A stretch of 64,000 nt of DNA from positions 36,022,001 to 36,086,000 of the forward strand of contig NC_047016.1 of the NCBI RefSeq assembly GCF_902652985.1, in the 5' to 3' direction. Source of the stretch: Pecten maximus. Its lineage: Eukaryota. The notes under the pieces were generated by a model. That model was not told the DNA's origin, did no database searches, and saw only the letters and a list, made by a program, of their open reading frames with translations. Below, in pieces: positions 46,401-58,273 of this stretch; the first letter of the stretch is position 1, and every line of letters starts with the position of its first letter. A program made the position numbers and the translations under genes.

Positions 46401-49400
46401 TTTGCGAATTGAATATAATAACAATGAAATGTTTCATATTTCGATTGTTATATCATTTCAGTATTGCAATGCTTTTAAAAACAACAGTAAAGGGAAACGT
46501 GACGTCACTCACCATGTAGGTGAGATCGATCTGGCCTCGACCTGCTGCGACACACATTTATGTAACCGCAATTGGCCAGTAGTAGATCGTATGTTTCATT
46601 ATTTATGATTCTTCTTATAATGTATTATAATGATAATTTGGAGTTTTAAAGTATGCCATATCACAGCAGTATAGCCATCTCAAAGTGGCCTAGATATTAA
46701 AGAAATAACTTAAAAATAGTTTTTTGGTTTGTGGACAATAGTTTTAAAGAAAATTTTGCATCTGAATGTTTATTTTTGTTTCAAAAATCTTTTGAAAATC
46801 AAAACTTTCCTTCCATAAAGCAGCAATTACCATTTAATTTTTACCCTCTATGCATTTGGTTACAGAACCACTACCCAAAGTCATATCTGGGTTTACCTGT
46901 CATCATCCGACAGTACCGTCTACCACACCTTCCAACTCATCTTCAACAAGCACAGCGGCACCGCTTCCATCGTCCAACCCGTCCTCACAGACCTCACACA
47001 CTACACAGTCGATGCCTAGCCATTCGCTGACATTGTCAACACTAATGACACAGACCACTTTGGAACCGTTTAAGACAACGAGCACATCTATACCGATTAC
47101 TTCATCTGCTAGTAAGTATAAATGTTAATACGTATATTTTGAAAATATTACTTTTAAAATTTTATGATCGAGTAAATAAGTAAAAATCTTATTATATTGT
47201 TTTCCAACCTGCGGTGTATTCTTAACATTATTTTTCAGACCAGAAAATCAGCATTAAGGCCGACATATCTGTCCAAAATAACCAAATATCTAGGAAATCT
47301 TGAGAGTACTCTAAAGTTATTAGATACTATAACAGACACATAGGAAGAACCTTTCATTATCACGATATTCTGTGACAGATGTCGAATACTGGCAAGTTTC
47401 TAGGGATGCAGATTGATGAAGACAATGGGAAATTTGTATGGTGAACATCATCATCTCATTCAGAAACAGTCGATTTCCTTGTGTGATATGACCTGTCCCA
47501 TGCTTGTTGATAATGCTTGGTGATTCTATTGTCACCCTAGTTCTTATTTTTGAGGATATTATTAGATTTGACTTAGATTTGTATGGCGGGTATCGATTAT
47601 TAAGAAGACGCTCACTATTTCGAAACACCTGGGTTTATTGTCCTTGTACTTTTTCGATGTTCTTGATGTAAGCTTTATTTTTGTTTTAGTTTGCTTTCGT
47701 TTTTATGGAATTATGGTTTCGTTATAGTGTTACTGTCTGTATTCTCTTTTCTTTTTTTCTGTTTTTTTTTTTACTGACGCTGTCAACGTTGCTATACCAT
47801 TCTTATGTGTGTTATTGAACTGTTTTAATTGTTGTCGGCGATTCAACTACTGTAATCAAACTACCATTCTCAACGCATTCATAAAAGTTTCTGTATTTCT
47901 CGATGATGATTATTTTTTTATATTGAATACAGATATAACCATACCAACGTCAGAAAACTGCAAAGACCGTGGTGCTGAGAACGTCTGTGACTATCTAAAC
48001 CAAACTAACCATCTGTGTGACGCTATAACACTGACATCAGTGTATTACTGTGTCAAGTACTGTGGATTCTGCAGTACGTAGTTTACCTATTCTCACAGGA
48101 GTTGGTATGGAAATGTATTCATACAAGCATATGTTGATCATAATCTAAACCAGGAACTTATTAGTTCAATCGATACTGGAATATCTTGTCTATGGCATAT
48201 TTCACGTCTGGTAACATTTTGTTCTCGTTTTCACGCGAATAATCAATTTAAGAACATGTGTATACTGCATTAAAAGTAAAAACAAGCAATGAAAAACAAA
48301 TCGTGATTTTGGTGGTAATTTTGCAAATATAATATTGTATGATTACGATACATTAAGTTTTCACTTAGACGGTTTTGAAATACCAACGCTATTTATTTTC
48401 TTCCATCCACAGCCCCGTTACCTACCCACCCAGGACCACAAGGGCAGACAACTGCCACACCGGGAACTGTCAGCACATCAGGAACTGTCAGCACACCAGG
48501 AACTGTCAGCACACCAGCACCAAGTAAGTACCAGATGTCCGTTGTCCCTACTTGCCCAACGTACCCTATACTAGTAGGTTTGATATGTAACCAAACTACG
48601 GGTTTACATGATATGGATACTAATCATTCGAAGTGTGCTATTAAATGTACATTACGTTGGTGTAAGTGATGATGGTATGTATGTGTAGTTGCAACTTTAT
48701 TGAAATCAGGATGTCCATTGGCAATGCCTCCAACTTCTTTGCTTTCATTTTAATATTATTTTCCTCTCATATGTATTATTATCATTTGTAGCTACGATCA
48801 CGCCCGTGCTTCAACCACAGGATGGAATAGTGCCAGTGTTAGTAGGTATGTACCAGGGGTACTTGTTCACCGGTTCGTTTCGGAAACATCTCAATTATTG
48901 TATTAAATGATCGCACATAAGACACAAGATATTTAAGACAGCTGTTTTGGTCCTTGTAAGACTCGTCAGTGATGTTAGGGGCAGCATACAACTATTTAGT
49001 CCTTCTAGGACTCGTCAGTGATGTTAAAGACATCATACAGCTGCTTTGTCTAAAGTGTTGATACCTCGGAAATGACTAAAACAATGTTTTGATGATCTGT
49101 ATTTGTATTATTTGTTACTTTGTTCTCATTTTCTCTTTTCAGGAAAACGAAACAGCGACTTAGCTGTAAGTACACTAGAGCTGGATTAATCACCAATCCT
49201 GCAAAAAAAAATACATGTTTGTAGTTTAAATTTACAGTTTAATAATCAATTGTTTATATCATAGTGCACTGAGTCTTGCGTGATCATAAACTTTGAAATG
49301 AACGATTCAGTTCAAGATTGAATCTTAATGAAAGTAACGTTAATAATGATGATAATAATGATCCAGTTTGAAATTTAATGTTAATGAAAGGGCGACGTTG

Positions 49401-49972
49401 TAACATACTTTTAAGTGTGATAACACTCTTATCCGTTGTGAAATGAAAATCTAACCACCGGCGTCTGCTTCTGGTTAGTATTAATAGAAAAGAAATGACC
49501 CTACTCATACTATACAGTAGGAGTAGGGCTAATATTTTTTTTCTGCTATTAATACTAACAAGAAGCAGACGCTTGTGATCTAGTCGTCTCTTTAAATGTA
49601 AAACTGTTGTAAGTCGATAATGTTATCAGAGATCGGCCTAGTGTAAAGCAAATATAATGCTTAATGAATTTATACCCAACAGTTTCCGACACGATAGGTC
49701 AATTGTTATCTTGTAAATTATGTCTTAAAGCTCGTATTCTGATTCAGATTTCAGAAAATTTCTTTGTTTTCAATACTTTCCTTCAAGTGTTTGATGTAAG
49801 TAGCACTAGTAGAAATCGATATCTTTTCATACGAATAGAATATATGTGATATTTGACGGAAACCTGTCATTTGATTCCAATAAACCATTACATAGTCTCT
49901 ATTTTGTTACTTACTATGGCATTCTTTCAGATTGATGACACTGAAGGCCGAGGACGACAGCCAATACACTAA
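43432..49972 (+). CDS. Cys-rich, probably extracellular protein: two LU/three-finger-like domains, Ser/Thr-rich stalk, ShK domain (5' exon not located; one apparent frameshift)
   Basis: Exons ~43432-43520, 43873-43944, 44536-44668, 45148-45244, 45937-46005, 46462-46588, 46866-47111, 47933-48073, 48413-48523, 48792-48845, 49143-49165, 49931-49972 with phase-consistent GT-AG junctions. CxxC...CC(x4)CN twice. CKDRGAENVCDYL...C...YYCVKYCGFC (ShK). Confidence 0.75.
44755..45160 (+). repeat. Degenerate ~42-bp tandem repeat derived from the acceptor junction at 45148
   Basis: Units such as CTGTTGTTTCAGTGAACATG and CTGTTGTTTGAGAGGATAT resemble the real CTTGTTGTTACAG|AGGACATG. Confidence 0.6.
48937..49050 (-). 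ncRNA. Tandem minimal type I hammerhead ribozyme motifs (49-nt period, degenerate)
   Basis: Minus strand: CATCA CTGACGA GTCCT AGA AGGAC TAAA TAGTTG TA TGCTG, then CATCA CTGACGA GTCTT ACA AGGAC CAAAA CAGCTG TC. Confidence 0.65.
49458..49577. mobile_element. ~120-bp palindromic MITE-like element
   Basis: GCGTCTGCTTCTGGTTAGTATTAATAG...CCCTACTC / GAGTAGGG...CTATTAATACTAACAAGAAGCAGACGC. Confidence 0.7.
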
Positions 49973-51906
49973 AATGGGCGTCACACATCTACTACGCAAT
50001 ACTCTGTCACTAATTCTGAAGTTCTGTTATTAAGTTCGAAAATAAAGAAATTATTTTATCGAAACTGTAGGGAGATTTTGACTCTTATTCACGCTTTTAT
50101 ACATTATTTTATGTTCTGTACGATCGGTGATAATCCAATTCTGTGTGACAATGATCAATCGAAGCCCTACTCCCGTCGTTTCAGAAAGAGAAACCTAGTT
50201 CCACAATTCACCATCTTTGTTTATCTTTCGTTTACCTTTGGTTAACTTCTCCCTAAAGTAAAGCAAGCTTCAATAAAAAGTGCGGTCTAAAATGACATAA
50301 TGTTAACTGTTATATACACGGTAATCACAGTGTTAGAATATCCGGTTTAACACTGATCGATATCCAGATTTATACAGGCTTATTTAAACACGTGTATTCA
50401 TCGGTATAATCCATGATACATTAGATATACATGTATTATCGGCGTTAATACTGATGTAAATAACATCCCATGTGTACATGTATGTTTATATATTAAATGA
50501 TAATTCAGTAACATCTTAAAGCACCCCATCAAAACAAAAACAAAATAAGCAAACAGACAAAACACATAAAAACAGTAAAGATCTAGAATATTACATAAAT
50601 CATGTGCCGTTTTGATTCCTCGATTGTGGATATTTTGATGTTATGTTGTACAGTGTATAACATATGTTGGTTAACAAAACTGCTTGATCGGAAAAGGGGT
50701 TTCAGACGAACTCCAGAATTGGGAAGAGGTATTATTTATAGATATTTTATAACAGAAATGTTTGAAGCTTTCACTGTGTCCAAACGTAATACACATTGCC
50801 CGTTATTAGTCAAATTGACCTGTATTATATACCGGGTAGATTTACTTTGTAGACTAGTGAATTCACACCCACCCGCCCAGTCGAGCATGACTATTGACTA
50901 CGCCAACAATCCCGTCACTATTTGTTGACCGTGTCGCTAGGCAGTTTTCCAATTGTAAACAACACCACTGGAGTTCTCGTGGTTCTGGGTTGATACTAGA
51001 CACGCTTGTTAGGAACCGGAAGTGATTTTGGTAGAGTTCATGATGTAGAAATGTGCAATATCTACACGTCGAGGTTCACCCGAGAGTTCAGTTGATATTT
51101 TATGATTATCGTCAGGTAAGCTATTTATAGTGGTTGAATACTATTGAAATAAACAGTCTTGATTAATTGACTAGCACGATAATTGCATATGTAAGAGTTA
51201 TATTGCGATGAGGCAAGTTGTGAAGTAGTATAGAAAATTGGCACGAATTCCTATATATAATAGATATATAAATATGGACCGTGGGTTGGGAATTAGTGCC
51301 AAATCACTATGAAGTAGTATATAAGATAATTAGCATGCGATATTTCAAATAACCTAATTCAGCTTCAATAGTATGGAATTATTTTGATGGCAATATTTCA
51401 GAGTAGCTATTTTTAGAAATTGATTATATATTTAGTACATGCATAGCCCAGTCTATGACCGGTACAACCAAGTATACAATGTATGTTGTCTGTTAGTCAA
51501 TGTTTGACTGGTAAATTAACATGACAAATCAGTCTATTCATAGGAATGAGTGTTTATACTTAAATGGCCGTCGAATATATTGTACACATATATACAATGG
51601 GATCAAAGGTCTAACTATATGCATGCAACGTTCCATTGTGAACAATAATAACAACAATGACAAAGGTTTCATCTGAAACAATGTGTACTTTATTATTCAT
51701 TAAGTAACAAAAGTTATCTGAACTGGCCCCAACCGATTTCATATATGTTAATACTTCCATAACTGTGACGATATGATTATGTTCAACTGAAAGTGAAGTC
51801 GGCGTATCATTTCATCTGAAACAACTTTAATTCCTCAATAAGTAACTACGGTTAACTGAAGTGATCTTATGTTTATGTTATTTCTTTCTTAGCTGAGTCG
51901 ATAATC

Positions 51907-52491
51907 ATGACAGAAAAGATTGGGGAACCCGCAACCCCTGAAACGGTGGCAGCCTCGTGTCCTCCTCCATCTTACGAGGAGGTAATGGGCCACCAGACTG
52001 TTGGATACGCCAAGGCCACATCACCAGCAGACTTACCTCCCCTGTCTTACATAGACATCATGCCAAGACTCCTCGACCCCGGACACATTGAGAGTAAAGT
52101 TACTCCTCAGTTTGACAAATTTAGGTATTTATTTCCATGTTCATCTATTTGAGTAGACACAAACTATAGAACATAGTCTCCGTTTGTTTCGGACGATGAT
52201 TCATCTATCCATCGAACAACATTACGAAAACTTGTTTTTGAGATCGACCTTTTTTTCACGTTTGAGACTATTAATTGTTTGGTATCAGTAATTGTAAGCC
52301 ATATCTCCTTATATGGTGTTTGTCTTCGATTAAACAAACGACAATTGCCTATGAATATCTGGTTTTATTGTTCTATTTTTCTTCTCTTGTTTTCTTTTGT
52401 TTTCTTTGGTTTCATTGTAAATTTATATTTAGCTAATATTTTTACCTTGATTTGTCGCACAGGGGCTTGGCACGATTTTTCAAATGATGGT

Positions 52492-52530
<39 letters not shown>

Positions 52531-55500
52531 GACACAATAATACATATATATATCTGGATCATTATTTGAAAAATCGTGCCAAGCCCCTGTGATTCGTCGA
52601 CTTGGAGTTGAAATTATTGTTTAGGTATTATTATCTTGTTACTGTAACGTGAATAAAACAACATAATTCAGCATCGAAATGAAGTTATTTTTTACATTGA
52701 ATCCAATGTTACTGTACCTGACCTTGTTAATCGTTACAGTGTGGTCATACAAGCGGCCAACATGTGGCTCGCTGGTAACCCTTCGTACGCAGTGTGGAAA
52801 TGCGAGACGGTGGAGCGGAAAGTAGACAAGGGAGCAGTGATCGTGATGGAGAAGATGATTTATCACGAGGCCACATTCGGCTTCAACGTTTTCATACGGG
52901 GACTTAGGTAAGGTGGTATATATACATGTATGTACTTTTATAGCAACGTCTACATACGGGGACCTAGGTAAGGGGGTATTTTAGTACTTTTATAGCAACG
53001 TCTACATACGGGGACTTAGGTAAGGTGGTATCTTTGTGAACTTTTAAAGCAACATCTACATACGGGGACCTAGGTAAGGGGGTATTTTCTGTACTTTTAT
53101 AGCAACATCTGCTTAAGGGGATTTAGGTAAGAAGGTAAGTTAGGTAACTGTTTGCACTTTTATAGAACGTCTGCATACGAGGACTTAAATAATGAAATGT
53201 GCGTACTTTAAAAGCAACGTCTTCATGTACTTTAAATAAAACATGAAGCATCTTGTCGTTTTATACTGTACTTGTATATTTCGGATCATTGTTAGTAATA
53301 TTGTAGATATTTTTGATGATATTATTTCGTATATGAAACATTTTTATGGTAATATACTTTCAGATTTGTATGTAACAGTAATCTGATTTTGTCTTAGGCT
53401 TTGGCTGACAAAGAAGACAAACCCAAGTGAACCCGTACAACAATTAGGCTTGATGAACGTTGTCCCACAAAAAGTTGCAGTCGTTCCAACGCACATGGGA
53501 TATGGTCCCCAAATCAACATGAATAATGGCATCCAAATCAACATAGGCAGGCGCAGGAGACGTACCGGTTATGTTACCATTAGCGACGCTGAAATGCTAA
53601 ACAACATGGTAATCCCATCAATGAATGTTTCGTTTGAAGGATTGCAAACTACTCTCAATAAACTCAACGAGGACCTAAAGTCTCGTCCATTACCAGGTAA
53701 AATCCCTACACATGTAAACCTGCCTTTGGGAATGTGGAATTGTTAAACTTCATATATGCATGGCATGTTTTAAATCCTTAGTCTTCATTTACTTAATTAA
53801 CTTACCTTACCTTTACGGTGTTTTTGCAGCAAACACTTGATCATGTTACTGTAAACGGTATAATATTTGCGCTGTCAAATTTCGCAAAGTACCAAACTAA
53901 AGCAGATTAGAACATATGAAGAAATTAGCGCATTTACATATTTATATAAACATAGTACAGTATATAGAATGTGTACGGTAATAAGTCCAGTCTTAATTTA
54001 GTGCAAAGATTCTACAAAGTGCGGAAGACGCTGAAATAAGATTTCTACTAAAACATTTACGTTTACAGTATCCAGTTAAATAATTCCAAATTCTTGTCAG
54101 TCAAAAACTGATATAATGTAATGTGACGAATACTGTATGTATGAAGATAGTGACCAAACAATTAGTGTATCTTTAGTACTGCAGGTGTTGGAATCTTCCA
54201 TGTTCTGGTATGTTTATTTGATGATAACATGGTAAATGATAATATGTTTGGATAATTGACAGCTTTGTTTTTCGTTTTTAGGTGTTAGATTTGTTTTATC
54301 GTTTGTCATGTACATAGCATGTCAGATTATGACTACTATAGAAAAATCCCTAGTGAAAAGTGATTGTGTGTTAGAACAATTAAAGATGCTACATCTTAGC
54401 CAAAATTATCTATGATTAATTACAAACAGGAAAAGAATGTTTTATAGTTTTATGCAATACCAAAAGTTATACAATTCCTTATAATCTTTACATTTAATTT
54501 GAAACTATATAAATAAAATAAATATGTTATCCAGAAGAAATCATATCGTGTCCGGCCTCTATATGGTGTTATAAGCTACATTGATGTAACGTGGGTGTCA
54601 TCTGATGGTATGGATAAGATACATTTATGTACAGTGGGTGTCGTGGGTGTCATTCTGTACATTTCTGTGAGCAGTGTATACGCTGCTGGCGATGTAGCAT
54701 CTTTAAATATATCTTTTACAGACATGACAAACAGAACTGCTTGATGTATACATGCATCACCATATATATAGTGTAACATATTCAAATTGAAGGTACTGTT
54801 CTGAACGTGGAGACTACAACTATGAAGACGTTTGAAGGTTTTGGTGGTAATGGGGATATGGATCCCCGACCAGACTTGTTGGCACGAGGACGGCAACAAA
54901 TACAAACGCTTCACACAGATCATCAGGGTCTTCTACGTCATAGGACAACCGGCCAATGAACAAATCAGTATGTCTCTTGATCTGATATAAGGGGAATCGT
55001 AATATCAATTACATCTGACGCAGAACAAGACATGCACTTACTAGAATAATTATCCGCGTTTCCTTCTGTTTTCCTCTCTTGCGTTTTCATTCCGGTGCCC
55101 ATGCTAATGATATTCTCGCTTTCGTGTCCATACGAAGAACACATTTGATTTCAATTATCAATGGTACTAAATATGTCAGTTTTTAACATGTGAATGAAAA
55201 ATAGCCATCGCTTTGTTATCGCTCCTATTGTTTACAGTGATAGAAGACTTCATACCTCAGGTAACCCGAAGAGGAGACCTCATGAAGGCCAGTCAATTTG
55301 AGACGTGGCCAAAAGTTATGTCACGTGTCAGCACTTGGATACCAAACCAGCAGGTATGTTTTATACGAGGGATACGTACATTGTATCAATGTCATTGTAA
55401 AGTTGTATAATGTGTAAAAATGGAGATTACTTGATAAAAAGAATAGCAATAGTGGACAACATAATGGCAGTAGAAACAAATGTACCATAGTTTCCTGTCA

Positions 55501-58009
55501 TCACCTTTATCTAGTTCTCATTTTGAGAATGTGACTGTTCCCGGTCTTTAACCTGAATTATATGGCAGGTGTCGTCGATGAAGCAAACGACGCTTGCGCT
55601 CTCGGAACACCCGGTCTTATTACCCTCGTACCTTTTCACGGGTCTCCATACAAATCTATATTTAATTCGTATTTTGCCATGTCTTCATCACTTTTGAGTT
55701 AGAATTACGGTTTCGTTATTATGGCGGTATAATCAGTTGTTCTTCGGATTGTAGGCCTAACATGATGACAATTTTAATGAATTCAAGTCAGTGAATTTTT
55801 TACGGATTTCGATTTACAATCATGACCTTACTTGTTGCAGGGAATTCGCATCGTAAACCTGCAAACACAATATACCAAATACACCGAATACAATGGTGAG
55901 TATATATCTTTATTAGTGACACGTATTTTAGTGTAAGGATGATCCAGACCTCTTAAGGGATTTATTTTTATGTATTGTTATCTTACTAGAAATTCTGCTT
56001 ATTTATGGGTTTATATGCAATCATAAAATAAGAATCGAATTGGAATCTTTGGGATAAGAATCTTTTCAACATAGAACTCTACATATATTCTTTGTGTTTA
56101 GGTTTGATCCTCTTACCTTAAATATGGGAATCAAGAATCGATATTGATATTTTTTTGTTGTTTTACAAAGGTTGAAGTCATTACCTTACCGCCTACTGGC
56201 ACTATCTTAATTACATTTTTGTAAATATGTAGGTACGTTCTGCTGTTCTGACTGTATGTTTACCTAGAGGTTTTTAACGGGCTCTGGTTTTTCCGTAGGT
56301 GAAGTGAGAGTGGCTTCGGACTCCACTGACGATTACGTGACTAATTTGTCTGACAGGAAATTGATCAAATTAATGCGCGTGTTTTACGTGACACGACCTG
56401 GTCCTCCCTCACCTCAGACGGGACACCTCAGTGCTCGTACATTTTTACCTGTTCGAAAATCTCGCAGGGACTTCGAGTCCATGAGCGAAACTATGTTTCG
56501 AATAACAGCATGGCTAAAGGTAACAGGTAAGTTTATACATGTATCACAAAAAGCGGTCGGATGACACAGTGATAGCCCAGGGACTTGAGAATCAGTTACA
56601 GTCTACATGTATTTGGAACTTCTCTAGAAGTTATGAACCTTTTGGCCTTACACTGTCGGCGAAAAGTGGGGAAGTATCTTTGATTAAGTGGATATTTTGT
56701 TTTGTTGCTTTTTTAATACAAAATACTGTTAAACTAACTATACTTAATGTTTATAAAGAAACATGGACTTTGAAAGCATAATGAAGGATGTCATGTTCAG
56801 AAACATAACAATGACCAGCAGCATTAAATGTAAAGGAAAAGTTGAAATATAGAACTTTTCAGTTAATCATGTAGCAGGTACAAATTTGTGAAAAATGATA
56901 AAGATATCATATGTGTTCTAGTTAACGATATTAGATTGTGTCCCTTGCAATGTTTTTTCTGTGTTTTGACCTATAAACAATTCTTTGATTTTTAAGGGAT
57001 GCAAATATTCAGTGTGGAGACACATCAGTTCCTCTTCGTAGAGGGAAGCGTGTCTGGAGTGGAGCAAGAAAGGTGTAACATCATTAATCAGGGAATGTCT
57101 GGCAAACACTTCATCACGGCTATATCGTAAGTATAGCAACAATTCATCACTGCTATATCGTAAGTATAGCAACAATTCATCAAATCCATAGTAATCACGG
57201 GATATTCAGTTCCGTGATAAATTCATCAAAACCATATTGTAAGCACAGCACACTTCAGGGCCATATGGGAAGTATAGAAACACATCATGCTATTCTTCAT
57301 CATGGCTATATCGTAAGTATAGGAACACGTCATCATGGCCATATCGTTAGTATACCAATCAACACTTCATCAAAGCCATATCGTAAGTATAGCAACACTT
57401 CATCAAAGCCATATCGTAAGTATAGCAACACTTCCTCAAAGCCATATCGTAAGTTTAGTAACACTTCATCACGGTCATATTGTAAGTATAGGAACACTTC
57501 ATCAAAGCCATATCGTAAGTATAGGAACACTTCATCAAAGCCATATCGTAAGTATAGCAACACTTCCTCAAAGCCATATCGTAAGTTTAGTAACACTTCC
57601 TCAAAGCCATATCGTAAGTTTAGTAACACTTCATCAAAGCCATATCGTAAGTATAGCGCAATGGCGTGGTGGTTGTCGCTGATGAAGCAGATGACGCTTA
57701 CCCTTGTGGGACACCTATTCATATTCCTTATTTTTATTCAAAGGACTTTCAATGCAAATTTCTATTTTGTTCAAGTTTTGCTCTCGTTTCACCGTTTTAA
57801 GTCATAGTTCCAGTATCGATTAATCGGTGATATTGCCTGTTAAGTTCTACCTAACATATCTGTACAACGTGTAAAGATACACATCTCTTCTTGTTTACAG
57901 GGTGTACTTCGCCTACCCGTTCCAGGAGCCACATGCTTCCTACCTACCTCCAGTTTATACTATATACGACCCGAATAACTCCCAGTCATCATCGTGTGTT
58001 ATTATCTAG
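51907..58009 (+). CDS. Uncharacterised protein: N-terminal PPxY, four tandem ~90-110-aa repeats, C-terminal CaaX (CVII); one apparent frameshift
   Basis: Exons ~51907-52124, 52740-52907, 53398-53696, 54792-54967, 55239-55352, 55841-55895, 56299-56527, 56997-57126, 57901-58009, phase-consistent. Candidate 5' UTR exon ends at ~51115. Repeat pattern (D/T)F.P...FE......W.....ET...RVFY. Confidence 0.8.
52458..52591. mobile_element. hAT-like MITE with a central (TA)n
   Basis: TIR CACAGGGGCTTGGCACGATTTTTCAAAT. 8-bp TSD ATTTGTCG/ATTCGTCG (1 mismatch). Confidence 0.8.
52884..53190 (+). repeat. ~52-61-bp tandem repeat spanning a splice donor
   Basis: TTTTATAGCAACGTCTACATACGGGGAC(C/T)TAG|GTAAGG; the first copy is the real exon end at 52907. 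Confidence 0.88.
57104..57657 (+). repeat. 33-bp tandem repeat spanning a splice donor
   Basis: AACACTTCATCAAAGCCATATC|GTAAGTATAGC; the first copy is the exon end at 57126. Confidence 0.9.
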
Positions 58010-58273
58010 TATATTGACAGGATTCGTTGCATGTCACATGAGTTTGTATACTTAGTACTAAACTCGGAGAAATGTTACCCAGCAATCAGCGTCGTGTGTA
58101 ATTGTCTAGTAGTTGTTTTTATACTTAGTATTCGTCAACATCCATCATCGTCGTGTGTTATTGTCTAGTAGTTGTTTTTATACTTAGTAATCGTCAACAT
58201 CCATCATCGTCGTGTGTTATTGTCTAGTAGTTGTTTTTATACTTAGTAATCGTCAAGATCCATCATCGTCGTG
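57985..58273 (+). repeat. ~59-bp 3'UTR repeats copying the CaaX/stop region
   Basis: CATCATCGTCGTGTGTTATTGTCTAGTAG repeated about 3-4 times after the real TCATCATCGTGTGTTATTATCTAG. Confidence 0.75.

Noticed and set aside
57676-57710. CTGATGA AGC...GCT as a hammerhead
   Set aside because: No GAAA box after the stem and no stem III or cleavage site.
57214-57807. Repetitive ORFs (SSKPYRKY..., also 33981-34380)
   Set aside because: Translations of intronic tandem repeats with unit lengths divisible by 3.
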